Shown: positions 27,401 through 36,816, counted from the first letter of the stretch. The stretch: 64,000 bases of DNA from Candidatus Magasanikbacteria bacterium RIFCSPHIGHO2_02_FULL_48_18 (GCA_001784285.1 MFQC01000011.1:3640-67639); one strand, 5' to 3'. Notes: generated by a model not told the origin, from the letters alone. Program-made: numbers and translations.

Positions 27401-27552
27401 TCGGTGAGCTTGGAAAACATTTCCCCCAAAGAGGCGTTTTTCCCGCCGACCAATGGAACGTCGGCAATAGAAATTTCTTTAAACCACAGGATATTCTTCT
27501 CACGACGCGGCGCAGATGGCTGTGTCTCTCCGGTTCGTTTCTTTTTTGTCAT
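24406..27552 (-). CDS. ppsA: Phosphoenolpyruvate synthase with C-terminal TM + extracytoplasmic fusion
   Basis: VGGKNASLGEM, RSSATAEDLPDASFAGQQET, GGKTSHAAIVSRE, GFSIGSNDLTQ, GICGQAPSD; about 240 extra C-terminal residues. Confidence 0.95.
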   Translation of the reverse strand: MTKKKRTGETQPSAPRREKNILWFKEISIADVPLVGGKNASLGEMFSKLTDKGIRVPNGFAITAHAYWEFLHHAGLEAEMKKILKDLDVANVRELAKAGKTLREMILKAHFPAALEKEILSAYAKLSDEHAEKNLSVAIRSSATAEDLPDASFAGQQETYLNIQGNSAVLQSVRRCIASLFTNRAISYREGRGFDHMSVALSVTVQQMVKGDTGASGVMFTLDTESGFRGVTLVTGSYGLGEYVVQGRVVPDQFYIFKEGLRKGKPAIMSRFLGTKQVKLVYSERGGTRQASVSQAERNRFCIEDEEVLQLGRWADIIESHYGKPQDIEWVKEGKTGDLYIVQARPETVKARSDEFVIEKYELKQTGAELLHGIAVGQKIGAGKVRVIEHPAQMKLFKKGEVLVTRITDPDWEPIMRIASAIVTEQGGKTSHAAIVSRELGVPCIVGAHGARKMLKTGQEVTASCAKGDEGIVYKGILPFEVKRTEIKEIEQTKTKIMMIVGDPDHAFHLSFLPHDGVGLARLEFIFSNFIRIHPLALVHYDRLKDKHAKKKIREMTRGYKNKTDYCVDKLAEGVARIATAMYPHQVIVRMSDFKTNEYATLIGGREFEPEEENPMIGWRGASRYYSKEYKEGFALECKAIKKVREEWGLENVTVMVPFCRTPEEGERVLETMAEFGLKRGEHGLEVYVMCEIPSNVILAEEFAKIFDGFSIGSNDLTQLTLAVDRDSALVSHIFDENNPAVKKLIKDVIAVAHKHGKKIGICGQAPSDHPEFAEFLVREGIDSISLNPDTVVSTRQRIAYVEKTVGKTGKKTNPKVLSMVIGLGLFAAGFLGIGAGCSTLNSFAAPAPEPEISRVSPAEIRQRVTEKVLAETQQTLNSQVSPLSVSDFANFSLEYPSWWGVHAWAGGITLSHAENGDTLSLFRQLVSHPVSDNSKQDVVLGTQPAKKYIAKTSDGKEVTVFEIAVGEDVMEIDAVGEKAQAILESFQFSGMSDAFASSVSHWDVREKRFCAPMVTYAREPGGISCTAYMNPCDIPDAFEVCDAEDAE

Positions 27553-27645
27553 AACAGAGCAAAAAAAATACTAAGGATCGTTGATGTGGTGTCTAGTATA
27601 TCAAAGGTTTTCCCTATACCAAAATTCGGCTATCCACAAGAAACA

Positions 27646-28428
27646 TCATATCTCATAGACACGCTCAACAACGGAAAAATCAGGAATCGTCCTTTCTGCA
27701 TGATACTCGACAAACTGGTGCGCGATCTTCTGTATTTTTGAACGTTCCGAGTCGTCAAGCGGCCATGACGCCAGCATTTCCCAGCTACCATTGATCATAC
27801 AGAGCATTGTATTCACATTTTTTTCATCACATGGCACGAGTCCCATAACCATTCCTTCATCCTTTGAGGCGCACAAAGGGCATACCATTCCTCCCTCGCG
27901 TATGGAAAAAAAACCGATCCCGTCTCTTGGCGTTTTCCAATGCTCTTGAATCATGGTGTGCATATCTTTTCCACAATGCATGCATGCCCCAAGCAATGGC
28001 CGAAAACCAAGACGATCAAAAAACCGCATAAGAAATGCATCAACCAAAAATGGATGTACCGCTGGCGCCGAATTCAAAAAAAGAAAAAACTCGCGAAAAA
28101 AAGAAAACAGCCCTGCGTCCCCCTGCCCGTCTTCGAGAACGCGATCAATAAGAGAAACAAGGTAGCCGGCAATAACGCGCTTGCGCATATCCGCCTGAAT
28201 CCCCTGAAAAAATATGATCGGTTGCACCTTGATCAGGTGAGATAATTCTTTTCCCGGCACAATCGTCAGATCAACGAAAGAGACAGGTTCAAGATGGCAA
28301 CCGTGCTTGCTTGTTATTTTTTTTACTCCCCGAGCAAGAACCTGTATTTTCCCCTGCTCAACCGTATACGCGGAAATAATTTGATCGTATTCTCGAAAGT
28401 CTTTTCTTGAAAGAATCAGAGATTGCAT
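27646..28428 (-). CDS. recO: DNA repair protein RecO
   Basis: REYDQIISAYT..GKIQVLARGVKK; CxxC...CxxC. Confidence 0.9.
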   Translation of the reverse strand: MQSLILSRKDFREYDQIISAYTVEQGKIQVLARGVKKITSKHGCHLEPVSFVDLTIVPGKELSHLIKVQPIIFFQGIQADMRKRVIAGYLVSLIDRVLEDGQGDAGLFSFFREFFLFLNSAPAVHPFLVDAFLMRFFDRLGFRPLLGACMHCGKDMHTMIQEHWKTPRDGIGFFSIREGGMVCPLCASKDEGMVMGLVPCDEKNVNTMLCMINGSWEMLASWPLDDSERSKIQKIAHQFVEYHAERTIPDFSVVERVYEI

Positions 28429-28440
28429 ACCGCATCTGCG

Positions 28441-28824
28441 TCAACGCTTTCTTTGATCGAGATAGCTTTGTAAAATAACCATGGCGGATTTTTCATCACG
28501 GCTTGCCTCTCCGCCCATGGCATCCGCATACTGCGACGTAAGCCGCTCATCCATATAGTCGCAAGGTATATGGATAACCCGAGACACCGACGACCCAAAC
28601 TGTCGAACCACAGCCGTGTTGGCATTTTCCGATCCATCAAGCCCAAGAGGAAGACCAATCACAATTTTTCCAATGCGCTGATCGCGGACAAGCTGATCCA
28701 GATCACCTAATACCATCTCTTTTTTATTCATGAGAACACCAAAGGGGAGGACCACCCCCAAACCATCATCCACCCAAGCTAAACCGATTCGTTTTTGGCC
28801 GTAATCAATACCAAGAAGATTCAT
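28441..28824 (-). CDS. ruvX: YqgF/RuvX nuclease
   Basis: LGIDYGQKRIGLA; IGLP; DERLTS; DEKSAMVILQSY. Confidence 0.93.
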   Translation of the reverse strand: MNLLGIDYGQKRIGLAWVDDGLGVVLPFGVLMNKKEMVLGDLDQLVRDQRIGKIVIGLPLGLDGSENANTAVVRQFGSSVSRVIHIPCDYMDERLTSQYADAMGGEASRDEKSAMVILQSYLDQRKR

Positions 28825-28836
28825 AGAAATATCTCA

Positions 28837-29676
28837 TCATGTCATCGCATGTTTTTCTCCCGGCCGCCTCGTCACCACGACAGGCCCCCCTTCTGTTATG
28901 GCAATGGTGTGTTCAAAATGCGCACTCAAACTTTTATCTTGGGGCGAAATAGTCCATCCATCGGAAGCGGTTTCAATGAAACGGCTCCCCAAACTGATCA
29001 TGGGTTCTATAGCAATAACGACACCTGGCCGTATCACCCAACTCTCAAACTCAGCATCATAATAATTGGGTACGCGGGGTTCTTCGTGGACGCTGTGCCC
29101 CACGCCGTGGCCGACCAACTCTTCAATAATACCATAGGCGCCCTGCGAACGGACATACGCTTCAATAGCGCGGCCAATATCGGCGATGGTATTTCCCGGC
29201 CGGGTTTCCCGAATACCAACTTCCAATGCCTCCTGCGTCACCTCAATCAATTTCTGAACTTCTTTCGGAATGCCACCCACCGCAACGGTTATCGCTGTAT
29301 CAGTAAAGTATCCCCTGGACGCGCCGGCCGAAGCCCCAATGGCCGTCGGGACAGAAACGGGCCATTCCATGCCAATATCAATGCTGAAAATATCCCCTTC
29401 ATGAAGTATTTTTTCTTTCGTAGCGATGCCATGCACCAATTCATGATTGATTGAGGCGCAAATGGTCGAAGGAAAGGGAGGATCACTGGGACGTGTTTTA
29501 TATCCTTTAAATGCCGGCCGTCCACCCGCCGCGACAATCAAACGCTCCGCTGATTGGTCAATCTCAAAACAGGACACTCCGGGCCCGACCATATGCGTCA
29601 GCTGTTCAAGAATGGCGCCAAGAAGCGCGCCTCCTTCGACGATGAGTGCGATTTCTTGCGGTTTTTTGATATACAC
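28837..29676 (-). CDS. map: Methionine aminopeptidase, type I
   Basis: CASINHELVHG; GHGVGHSVHEEP; AIEPM; SAHFEHT. Confidence 0.95.
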   Translation of the reverse strand: MYIKKPQEIALIVEGGALLGAILEQLTHMVGPGVSCFEIDQSAERLIVAAGGRPAFKGYKTRPSDPPFPSTICASINHELVHGIATKEKILHEGDIFSIDIGMEWPVSVPTAIGASAGASRGYFTDTAITVAVGGIPKEVQKLIEVTQEALEVGIRETRPGNTIADIGRAIEAYVRSQGAYGIIEELVGHGVGHSVHEEPRVPNYYDAEFESWVIRPGVVIAIEPMISLGSRFIETASDGWTISPQDKSLSAHFEHTIAITEGGPVVVTRRPGEKHAMT

Positions 29677-29706
29677 AAAAAAAACTCAAAAATGAAAATG
29701 TAAAAG

Positions 29707-30378
29707 TCAAAGATGGGATGTCTCCAATATGTTTCTTACTTCTCTATCAACCACGTCAATCGGCCGTTCGCCATCAACGGAAACAAGCACACTCAAAGAC
29801 TCATAATACGCAATAATGGGCGAGAGCATCTGGTTTCCCTGTTTTTCCAGCCGCGCGGCGATAGTCTCGGGGGTGTCATCCGCGCGTACGACCAATACTC
29901 CCCCGCATTTCTCACAACGCTGTTTTTCCTCATTATCCGGAGCATACGGAATAATATGACCGCAGGCGGAACAAATTTTTCTTTTTGTCAGCCGTTTGAA
30001 AGCGGTATCATTCGAGAGTTTCATTTCAAACACAATCACGTCACCCGAAAGGCCGTGTCCGTCAAAAAATTTTTGATATGCTTCCGCTTGCATGACGCTC
30101 CGTATGGCGCCATCGAGCACGACGCCCTTTCCTTGCGCGAGCGATGCGTCAATGGCCCGAAATGCCAGCCGATAAATTAAGGCATCGGCGACCAATTTTC
30201 CTTCTTTCATGTCTTTGAGCATTTGGCGGTCTTCTGGATTTGCTCGCTGGTCCGCATCCAAGGCGCGGAGCAAATCACCGGTCGAGACGTGCGTATATCC
30301 GTACGTTTCGGCCAAGAGTCGCGCCTGCGTTCCTTTGCCGCTTCCCGGTATGCCAAGAAGAATAATGATTTTTTTCAT
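29707..30378 (-). CDS. adk: Adenylate kinase
   Basis: LGIPGSGKGTQA; STGDLLR; Zn-lid Cys pairs. Confidence 0.93.
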   Translation of the reverse strand: MKKIIILLGIPGSGKGTQARLLAETYGYTHVSTGDLLRALDADQRANPEDRQMLKDMKEGKLVADALIYRLAFRAIDASLAQGKGVVLDGAIRSVMQAEAYQKFFDGHGLSGDVIVFEMKLSNDTAFKRLTKRKICSACGHIIPYAPDNEEKQRCEKCGGVLVVRADDTPETIAARLEKQGNQMLSPIIAYYESLSVLVSVDGERPIDVVDREVRNILETSHL

Positions 30379-30396
30379 AACACCAATAACAAGGAC

Positions 30397-30708
30397 TTAT
30401 TGCTCAAATTTTTTAAAATACTCTTCAAAAATTTTCATCAATGACTGATAATCCGGAGAAGTAATTCTGCGCGTATTTTTGAGACGGCGGAGGGTCTCAT
30501 GAACCCGAAACAGCGATATGTTTCCATCTCCCATTCGCGCGCGAGCGAGCGCTTCCTCAACCGCTTGTTCCTCATGCGCGCGCAACGTTCGTATGGATGC
30601 GCGAGAAACAAGGCGCCGTATCTCCGCTTCGGGGAGAGGGTGCTGATCATGAGAATAGTGCGCGGCGTTTCCGGAAAATGCGCTTAAAAAATCTTGAAAA
30701 AGAGACAT
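30397..30708 (-). CDS. Hypothetical protein between secY and adk
   Basis: 103-aa co-oriented ORF. Confidence 0.6.
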   Translation of the reverse strand: MSLFQDFLSAFSGNAAHYSHDQHPLPEAEIRRLVSRASIRTLRAHEEQAVEEALARARMGDGNISLFRVHETLRRLKNTRRITSPDYQSLMKIFEEYFKKFEQ

Positions 30709-30761
30709 AGAGCCGATGTGATATGCGCGTACTATAGCAAAAGCAATCGTCCCAATCAACA

Positions 30762-30790
30762 GAAAAAGCCTTTATGATAAAGGCTTTTCT
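30762..30790 (-). terminator. Terminator after secY
   Basis: AAAAGCCTTTAT-G-ATAAAGGCTTTT. Confidence 0.65.
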
Positions 30791-30824
30791 TCAAAAAACA
30801 AAGGAAATGCCGGAGAAAAACCAT

Positions 30825-32096
30825 TTAGACGTGGTCATATTTATGCATGGTGACCTGCGCTTCGATTTGTTTTGTGGTTTCAATCGCCACGCTTACCACG
30901 ATCAAAAGACTGGTTCCCCCAATAACCAGGGATTGGGAATCGGTGAAGAAGCGCATCAATAACGGAAGGACCGCGATCGCGCCCAAAAACAGAGCACCGG
31001 GAAACACCAGCTTTTGCATTGTTTTTGACAGATATTCTTCTGTTTGTTTTCCCGGACGGATTCCCGGGATAAACCCGCCTTGGCGCTGAAGATTTTCAGC
31101 GATTTTCTCGGGTTTGAAAATAACCGCAGTATAAAAATAGGTAAAACCGAATACCAGAACAAAATAGAGAACCGCATAAAAGAGCTGGTTGTTGAAAAGG
31201 CGAATCACGCCCCCGGCAATCTGTGCCGACCACCCGGCGCCATTGACAAAAAATTGCGCAATCACCGATGGAAAAAGAATAATGGAAATGGCGAAAATAA
31301 TCGGAATAACCCCTGCCATATTGACTCTCAAGGGGAGATGAGACTGCGCGCCGCCTTGCGTGCGCAATCCTCGTATTTGTTTTGCGTACGTGATCGGGAT
31401 ATTTCGTTGTCCTTCGGAAATAATCACCACGCCAACGACGGTCAAAAGCGCAATGCCAATAAACAAGAGATACTGGAATAAATCAGAGGGAATATAGTTG
31501 ACAATGGCATTGCGCACCGCGGTCGGAAGGGCCGCGACGATACCTGCAAAAATAAGCAAAGAAATGCCGTTTCCAATATTTTTTTCCGTGATGAGTTCGC
31601 CAATCCACATGAGAAAAATGGTTCCCGCGGTGACAGAAATGAGAATGGCGACAAATGAAAAAGTTTGGACATTTGTCAGGATATCGCCCTGTGATTGGCG
31701 AAGCAGTTGAATAAGGCCAAACGCCTGAAGAAGGGCGAGAGGAATCGTGGACAAGCGCGTATATTGATTGATTTTTTGCTGTCCGCTTTCCCCTTCTTTG
31801 GATAACTCCTCGAGTTGCGGAACCACCATGACCAGCAATTGAAAAATAATGGATGCCGTAATGTACGGGGCCACGCCAAGCATGACAAGAGAAAAATTTT
31901 CAATAGTGCCGCCGGAAAAAATGTTCAACAGCCCCAAAATTTGGTTGCCGGACAAAAATGCCTGCAAATTTTCTGGGTTAATTCCCGGGACGGGAATATG
32001 CGCCGCAACGCGAAAAATAACAAGCATGCCCAACACAAACAATACTTTCTGTCGGATATCTTTGATCATCCAAATCTGGCGCAATTTATCCCACAT
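30825..32096 (-). CDS. secY: Preprotein translocase subunit SecY
   Basis: LGVAPYITASII; GNGISLLIFAGI; FIPGIRPG; GGTSLLIVV. Confidence 0.98.
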   Translation of the reverse strand: MWDKLRQIWMIKDIRQKVLFVLGMLVIFRVAAHIPVPGINPENLQAFLSGNQILGLLNIFSGGTIENFSLVMLGVAPYITASIIFQLLVMVVPQLEELSKEGESGQQKINQYTRLSTIPLALLQAFGLIQLLRQSQGDILTNVQTFSFVAILISVTAGTIFLMWIGELITEKNIGNGISLLIFAGIVAALPTAVRNAIVNYIPSDLFQYLLFIGIALLTVVGVVIISEGQRNIPITYAKQIRGLRTQGGAQSHLPLRVNMAGVIPIIFAISIILFPSVIAQFFVNGAGWSAQIAGGVIRLFNNQLFYAVLYFVLVFGFTYFYTAVIFKPEKIAENLQRQGGFIPGIRPGKQTEEYLSKTMQKLVFPGALFLGAIAVLPLLMRFFTDSQSLVIGGTSLLIVVSVAIETTKQIEAQVTMHKYDHV

Positions 32097-32106
32097 AGCA
32101 ATAGGT

Positions 32107-32550
32107 TTAAAAGACAACCTTGCCTCCCGCCTTTTCTATCAATGTTATCGCTTTTTTACTGAGAAGACAATCGCGAACCGTGACCGCATGCGTCAAAGTG
32201 CCGGTCGCAACAATTTTGACGCCCCGATCGGCCCGCGCAATCAATCTTTTTTCTTTGAGCGTTTGCGGAGACACGACGTCGTTCAAAACGGTTTTCTTTT
32301 CCAGGACCGATAACGAAATAGTCTGCTTTGGCACAAAAGCACTGTGGAATCCTCGCGATTTGGGAACCTTTTGCAAGGCTTTTTTGAATCCTCGTCTTTG
32401 CCCGCCGGCTTTTCCGCCGGAACGAGCGCGCTGGCCTTTCAATCCTCGGGCTGAATAGGTGCCCTTTCCGGATGAATTGCCACGTCCCACTCTTTTGGTT
32501 TTCCGTTTGGAGCCTTGCGCAGGATGAATTGTGTGTGCTTGAAGAGTCAT
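32107..32550 (-). CDS. rplO: 50S ribosomal protein L15
   Basis: RVGRGNSSGKGTYSARGLKGQRARSG. Confidence 0.96.
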   Translation of the reverse strand: MTLQAHTIHPAQGSKRKTKRVGRGNSSGKGTYSARGLKGQRARSGGKAGGQRRGFKKALQKVPKSRGFHSAFVPKQTISLSVLEKKTVLNDVVSPQTLKEKRLIARADRGVKIVATGTLTHAVTVRDCLLSKKAITLIEKAGGKVVF

Positions 32551-32556
32551 ACGTCC

Positions 32557-33219
32557 TTATGATGCGTCAGGAGATGGCGCCTTTTTTTCTAAAACTGATT
32601 TCTTGGTTGTTTTTTTGGATTGTTGGTCCGCGTTCTTCGGTGGGACATCTTGCTTTGACGCAACGGCAAGTACGGCAGGCCCAGCCGTGCTCGGACGGCC
32701 GCGAAGCGACCGAACGGCTTCTGGTTTGAACAATGACAGCGCTTTAAATGCCGCTTTGATATTGGTGATTTTATTGTTGGTCTTCCCCAAAATTTTTGAC
32801 ACGGCATTCGGCACACCGGCAAGTTCGAGAATGGTGCGAACAGAACTCCCCGCGATAATCCCCGACCCGCGAGGCGCCGGCTTAATCATGATCTTGGCCG
32901 CTTTGAATTTTGCTTCCACGCGATGAGGAATCGTATCGCGGACAATGGGAATGGAAAACAAATTTTTCTTTGCTTGATTCACGGCTTTTTCTACCGCGAT
33001 CTGCACGTCTTTCCCTTTTTCAACGCCATATCCCACCCGCCCTTTTCGGTCCCCAATCAAAACACACGCGCGAAAGCTCAGTTGCTTTCCTCCGGCAGTG
33101 ACACGTGTGACACGCGCCAAATCCACAATATTCTGGTCAAACTCAGGTTTTTCTTTTTTCGCAAAAAATTTTCCTCGTTCTTTTCCCTTTTCCATACGCA
33201 CATGGGTCTCAACGACCAT
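32557..33219 (-). CDS. rpsE: 30S ribosomal protein S5 (extended termini)
   Basis: RVTRVTAGGKQLSFRA; PAPRGSGIIAG. Confidence 0.96.
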   Translation of the reverse strand: MVVETHVRMEKGKERGKFFAKKEKPEFDQNIVDLARVTRVTAGGKQLSFRACVLIGDRKGRVGYGVEKGKDVQIAVEKAVNQAKKNLFSIPIVRDTIPHRVEAKFKAAKIMIKPAPRGSGIIAGSSVRTILELAGVPNAVSKILGKTNNKITNIKAAFKALSLFKPEAVRSLRGRPSTAGPAVLAVASKQDVPPKNADQQSKKTTKKSVLEKKAPSPDAS

Positions 33220-33232
33220 TAATAATACGAGA

Positions 33233-33610
33233 TTAAAAAACTAAACCGCCATCACGCGCGCCGTCCGCCGCGGCCTTCACACGGCCATGATAGCGATATC
33301 CGCCGCGATCAAACACAATTTCCCGGATGCCAAGAACGGCCGCTTTTGCCGCGAGAGCCTTGCCCAAAAGATAACTCTCCGCAATTTTCCCTTTCCGATC
33401 ACCTGCATCATTGTTTCCGGCAATATCCTTTTTAGTATGCGCGCTTGCCAGGGTTTTTCCGTTCGCATCGTCAATCAGCTGAAGAAACAGAGAATAATTG
33501 CTTCGAAATACCGAAAGACGCGGACGTTCGGCAGTGCCGTGCACGGTGGCGCGAATGCGACGACGGCGACGGGCTCGCTGGAGAGATGGATTTGTGGTTG
33601 CATGACTCAT
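33233..33610 (-). CDS. rplR: 50S ribosomal protein L18
   Basis: RPRLSVFRSN; FDRGGYRYHGRV. Confidence 0.97.
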   Translation of the reverse strand: MSHATTNPSLQRARRRRRIRATVHGTAERPRLSVFRSNYSLFLQLIDDANGKTLASAHTKKDIAGNNDAGDRKGKIAESYLLGKALAAKAAVLGIREIVFDRGGYRYHGRVKAAADGARDGGLVF

Positions 33611-33637
33611 ATATGCCTGAAAAAAGGGAATCAACGA

Positions 33638-34183
33638 TTAACTGGATGACTTTGCTGTCTTCCCGGCTTTGCGACGAATAGTTTCTTCGACATATTTAAT
33701 ACCTTTTCCTTTATATGGCTCCGGCTTTCTGACCGAGCGGATTTTTGCCGCGGTTTGCCCCAAGAGTTCTTTATCAGTGCTCACAAGCGTCATCATATTT
33801 TTTTCCACAGAAGCAGTAACACCCTCCGGAATGGCAAAAATAACCGGATGAGAAAAACCTACTTCTATTTTTAAATCTTTTCCCTGCATCGCCACGCGAT
33901 ACCCGACGCCATTAATTTCCAATTTTTGAGAAAATCCATTGGTTACACCCACAATCATATTTTTCAGATGAGATGCGTATGTTCCCCACAGCGCGGCCTG
34001 GTTTTTGATCGTGGCATCGTCGACCGTGACACGCGCGCCCTCGTCAGCCACCGTCACATGCACGGTTGGGGGGAACGGCCGGCTCAATGAGCCTTTTGGA
34101 CCTTTCACGGTCACAGTGCCATTCTGAAACGACACGGTAGTGCCGGTTGGGAGCGCCATAAGTTGTTTTCCAATACGGGACAT
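33638..34183 (-). CDS. rplF: 50S ribosomal protein L6
   Basis: MSRIGK; RKPEPYKGKGI. Confidence 0.97.
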   Translation of the reverse strand: MSRIGKQLMALPTGTTVSFQNGTVTVKGPKGSLSRPFPPTVHVTVADEGARVTVDDATIKNQAALWGTYASHLKNMIVGVTNGFSQKLEINGVGYRVAMQGKDLKIEVGFSHPVIFAIPEGVTASVEKNMMTLVSTDKELLGQTAAKIRSVRKPEPYKGKGIKYVEETIRRKAGKTAKSSS

Positions 34184-34214
34184 AGAACCACGAAAGTAAT
34201 CACGAATTAAAACA

Positions 34215-34604
34215 CTAAAAAACAGAACACAACAATTCGCCGCCAATGCCTTTTTCACGAGCCATTTTATTCGTCATGATGCCATAAGAGGTTGACACAA
34301 TGGCAATGCCATACCCATTCAAGACGTTGGGCAATTCTTTGGCTTTTTGATATTTTCGATGACCCGGAGCGCTCTCTCGCTTGATGGATTGAATCGCAGG
34401 CCGTTTTCCATAATACTTCAAGGTCAACAAAAGCACCGCAGGCTTCGCCTCTTTTTTTTCAACGCCTTCGATATACCCTTCTTCCAATAAGATATGCGCA
34501 ATGGCTTCTTTGGTTTTGGAAAGAGGAATTTCTACACGATCTTTCCGCGCCATCTGGGCATTTCGAATGCGGGTGAGCATGTCAGCGATGGGATCCGTCA
34601 TCAT
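34215..34604 (-). CDS. rpsH: 30S ribosomal protein S8
   Basis: MTDPIADMLTRIRNA; GIAIVSTS; IGGELLC. Confidence 0.97.
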   Translation of the reverse strand: MMTDPIADMLTRIRNAQMARKDRVEIPLSKTKEAIAHILLEEGYIEGVEKKEAKPAVLLLTLKYYGKRPAIQSIKRESAPGHRKYQKAKELPNVLNGYGIAIVSTSYGIMTNKMAREKGIGGELLCSVF

Positions 34605-34641
34605 AATAATAGTGTGCTTATAATACAATATTCTCAAGAGA

Positions 34642-34746
34642 ATGTGCGAACATACGAACAGTACGCCTGCCTGCCGGCAGGCAGGAACGTACGAACAAAT
34701 GTTGATCAAAATTTCGTATTTTCGTAATTTTCGTATGTTCGTACAT
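34642..34746. repeat. TACGAA-unit inverted-repeat element with a nested 20-bp palindrome (34666-34685)
   Basis: ATGTGCGAACATACGAAC...GTTCGTACAT; CCTGCCTGCCGGCAGGCAGG lies between TACG and AA. Confidence 0.8.
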
Positions 34747-34749
34747 ATC

Positions 34750-34935
34750 TCACCAGCTTGATTTTCGAACGCCCGGCAATTTTCCGTCGTTCGCCAATTC
34801 TCGAAAGCAAATACGGCACAATCCGAACTTTCGCATAAATGAACGCTTTCTGCCGCACTTCCAGCACCGTCGAACAAGGCGAGTGGAAAATTTTGGTTTT
34901 CTTTTTGATTTTACAATTTGTGCTTGCGTTGCCAT
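34750..34935 (-). CDS. rpsN: 30S ribosomal protein S14, Zn-binding (type Z)
   Basis: RCWKCGR...[10 protein letters not shown]. Confidence 0.96.
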   Translation of the reverse strand: MATQAQIVKSKRKPKFSTRLVRRCWKCGRKRSFMRKFGLCRICFRELANDGKLPGVRKSSW

Positions 34936-34956
34936 ACGATAAAAAACGTCAAATAA

Positions 34957-35514
34957 TCAGGCCGTTTTCCCACTTTCTTGAATCGGCATACCCAATGCTT
35001 TCAACAATGCCCGGCCCTCGTCGTTTGTTTTTGCATTTGTGACAATAGTAATTTCAAGGCCATGAATATGCTCCAAGAGATCAGCAGAAATTTCAGGGAA
35101 TGCAATAACTTCTTTGAGTCCGATGCTGAAATTTCCTTTGGAATCAAACGCCTTTGGAGACAATCCTCGAAAATCGCGCACGCGGGGAAGCGCAAGATGG
35201 ATAAGCCGGTACAAAAAATCATACATGCGATCACCTCGCAACAGAACCGATACGCCCACATTCATGCCTTTGCGCGTTTTAAAGTTGGAAATAGATTTCT
35301 TTGCCGCGTTATGAACCGGTTTTTGCCCGGTGATTGTCGCAAGATTTTTTTCGATAAGGTCAATAAAAGATTTGTCTTTCACATGACGCCCATACCCAAC
35401 ATTGACCACCACTTTTTGCACGCGGGGAACTTGCATGACGCTCGCGTACCCAAACTGCGCTTTCAGCGATGGCACAACCTGTGTTTTGTATTGTCTATAT
35501 AACGGAGATGGCAT
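34957..35514 (-). CDS. rplE: 50S ribosomal protein L5
   Basis: ITGQKP; LPRVRDFRG. Confidence 0.97.
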   Translation of the reverse strand: MPSPLYRQYKTQVVPSLKAQFGYASVMQVPRVQKVVVNVGYGRHVKDKSFIDLIEKNLATITGQKPVHNAAKKSISNFKTRKGMNVGVSVLLRGDRMYDFLYRLIHLALPRVRDFRGLSPKAFDSKGNFSIGLKEVIAFPEISADLLEHIHGLEITIVTNAKTNDEGRALLKALGMPIQESGKTA

Positions 35515-35531
35515 ACAACGATTCAAGAAAC

Positions 35532-35855
35532 CTATAGGTCAATAAATTCGCCGCTTTTTTTCGCAATTCTTTTTTTGTCACTTCCTTCTTTTTTGTATCC
35601 AATGCGGGTAGTTGTTCCTGTTTTGGGATCAAGAAGAAGGACATTGCTGTGATCAATCGGCGCAGGCAACTCAATAATCTGTCCCTTCTGACCTCGGTCG
35701 CGCGGACGAAGATGTTTCTTCAAAAGGTTGGCACCTTCAACCACAACAGACACCCGCCCGTTCCGTTTGTTGGCCAATACTTGGATGACTTTTCCGGTTT
35801 TCCCCCGATCTTTCCCGGAAAGAATCTTTACATTGTCGCCTGTTTTTATTTTCAT
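35532..35855 (-). CDS. rplX: 50S ribosomal protein L24
   Basis: IKTGDNVKILSGKDRGKTGKV. Confidence 0.97.
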   Translation of the reverse strand: MKIKTGDNVKILSGKDRGKTGKVIQVLANKRNGRVSVVVEGANLLKKHLRPRDRGQKGQIIELPAPIDHSNVLLLDPKTGTTTRIGYKKEGSDKKRIAKKSGEFIDL

Positions 35856-35930
35856 AATGCTTCATTCAGAGTGTGGAGTTCTTCGTCCAGAGTCCGTTCA
35901 GTTTCCTACAGACGTTGAACGATACACTGA

Positions 35931-36302
35931 TTACAATACTTCCGGAGCCAAAGAAATAATCTTTTGATACCCTTTGGCGCGGAGTTCGCGCGCAATCGGT
36001 CCAAAAATACGCGTCGCTTTCGGTTCTTTGTTTTTTTTATCAATGACGACGGCGGCATTTTCATCAAAACGAATATACGTCCCGTCTTTTCGCCGCAATT
36101 CCTTTCGTTGTCGAACAATGACGGCATGCACCACGTCGCCTTTCTTGATTGGAGCGCGCGGATCCGCCTGCTTGACAGCGCAGGTGATAATATCGCCAAT
36201 CATGGCATACCGTTTTTTGTAGCCTCCGAGAACGCGGATACACATCAATTTTTTTGCGCCCGAATTATCCGCAACAGTCAGCATTGTTCTGTGTTGAATC
36301 AT
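35931..36302 (-). CDS. rplN: 50S ribosomal protein L14
   Basis: VADNSGAK; [11 protein letters not shown]; SLAPEVL. Confidence 0.98.
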   Translation of the reverse strand: MIQHRTMLTVADNSGAKKLMCIRVLGGYKKRYAMIGDIITCAVKQADPRAPIKKGDVVHAVIVRQRKELRRKDGTYIRFDENAAVVIDKKNKEPKATRIFGPIARELRAKGYQKIISLAPEVL

Positions 36303-36308
36303 AGACGT

Positions 36309-36575
36309 CTAAGAACGAATAATCTGCTTCAGATACCAACGTTTTGTTTTGCTCAAGGGACGGCATTCCTCAAATACAACGGTATCGCCGAGAGCCGCTT
36401 GTTTTTTTTCGTCATGCACCGCGTATGTTTTGGTGGTATCAAAATGCTTCCGATATTTGGGATGCAGTTTCTGAACCGTTACGGCCACATGAATCGTTTT
36501 ATCTTCTTTGGCACTCACCACAACGCCCGTAAACATTCGATGCATTTTTGGGGATTGTTTCTGGGATACTGTCAT
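36309..36575 (-). CDS. rpsQ: 30S ribosomal protein S17
   Basis: GVVVSAKEDKT; HPKY; ECRPLSKTKRW. Confidence 0.97.
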   Translation of the reverse strand: MTVSQKQSPKMHRMFTGVVVSAKEDKTIHVAVTVQKLHPKYRKHFDTTKTYAVHDEKKQAALGDTVVFEECRPLSKTKRWYLKQIIRS

Positions 36576-36592
36576 AGAACTATCAGGTTGAT

Positions 36593-36805
36593 TTATCGGC
36601 TGGTATCGCCGATGTTTTGCTGTTGTTTATTATGGAGCACAGTCGAAATTTGACCGATGTCCTTTCGTGTTTTTCGAATTGCGCGCACATTATGGAGTTG
36701 GCGTTGAAATACTTTCATTCTCAATGCGTGGAGCTCCTTCTGTTTCTCTTCTACAAGAAGAGAAAGCTCTTGCTCGGTTTTTTGAATTAACTCTTTCACA
36801 TCCAT
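36593..36805 (-). CDS. rpmC: 50S ribosomal protein L29
   Basis: Operon position and IRKTRKDIGQISTVL. Confidence 0.9.
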   Translation of the reverse strand: MDVKELIQKTEQELSLLVEEKQKELHALRMKVFQRQLHNVRAIRKTRKDIGQISTVLHNKQQQNIGDTSR

Positions 36806-36816
36806 ACGGCGAACAA

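Noticed and set aside
35856-35930. Weak repeat-like spacer between rplN and rplX
   Set aside because: Only short imperfect complementarity and no second copy seen.
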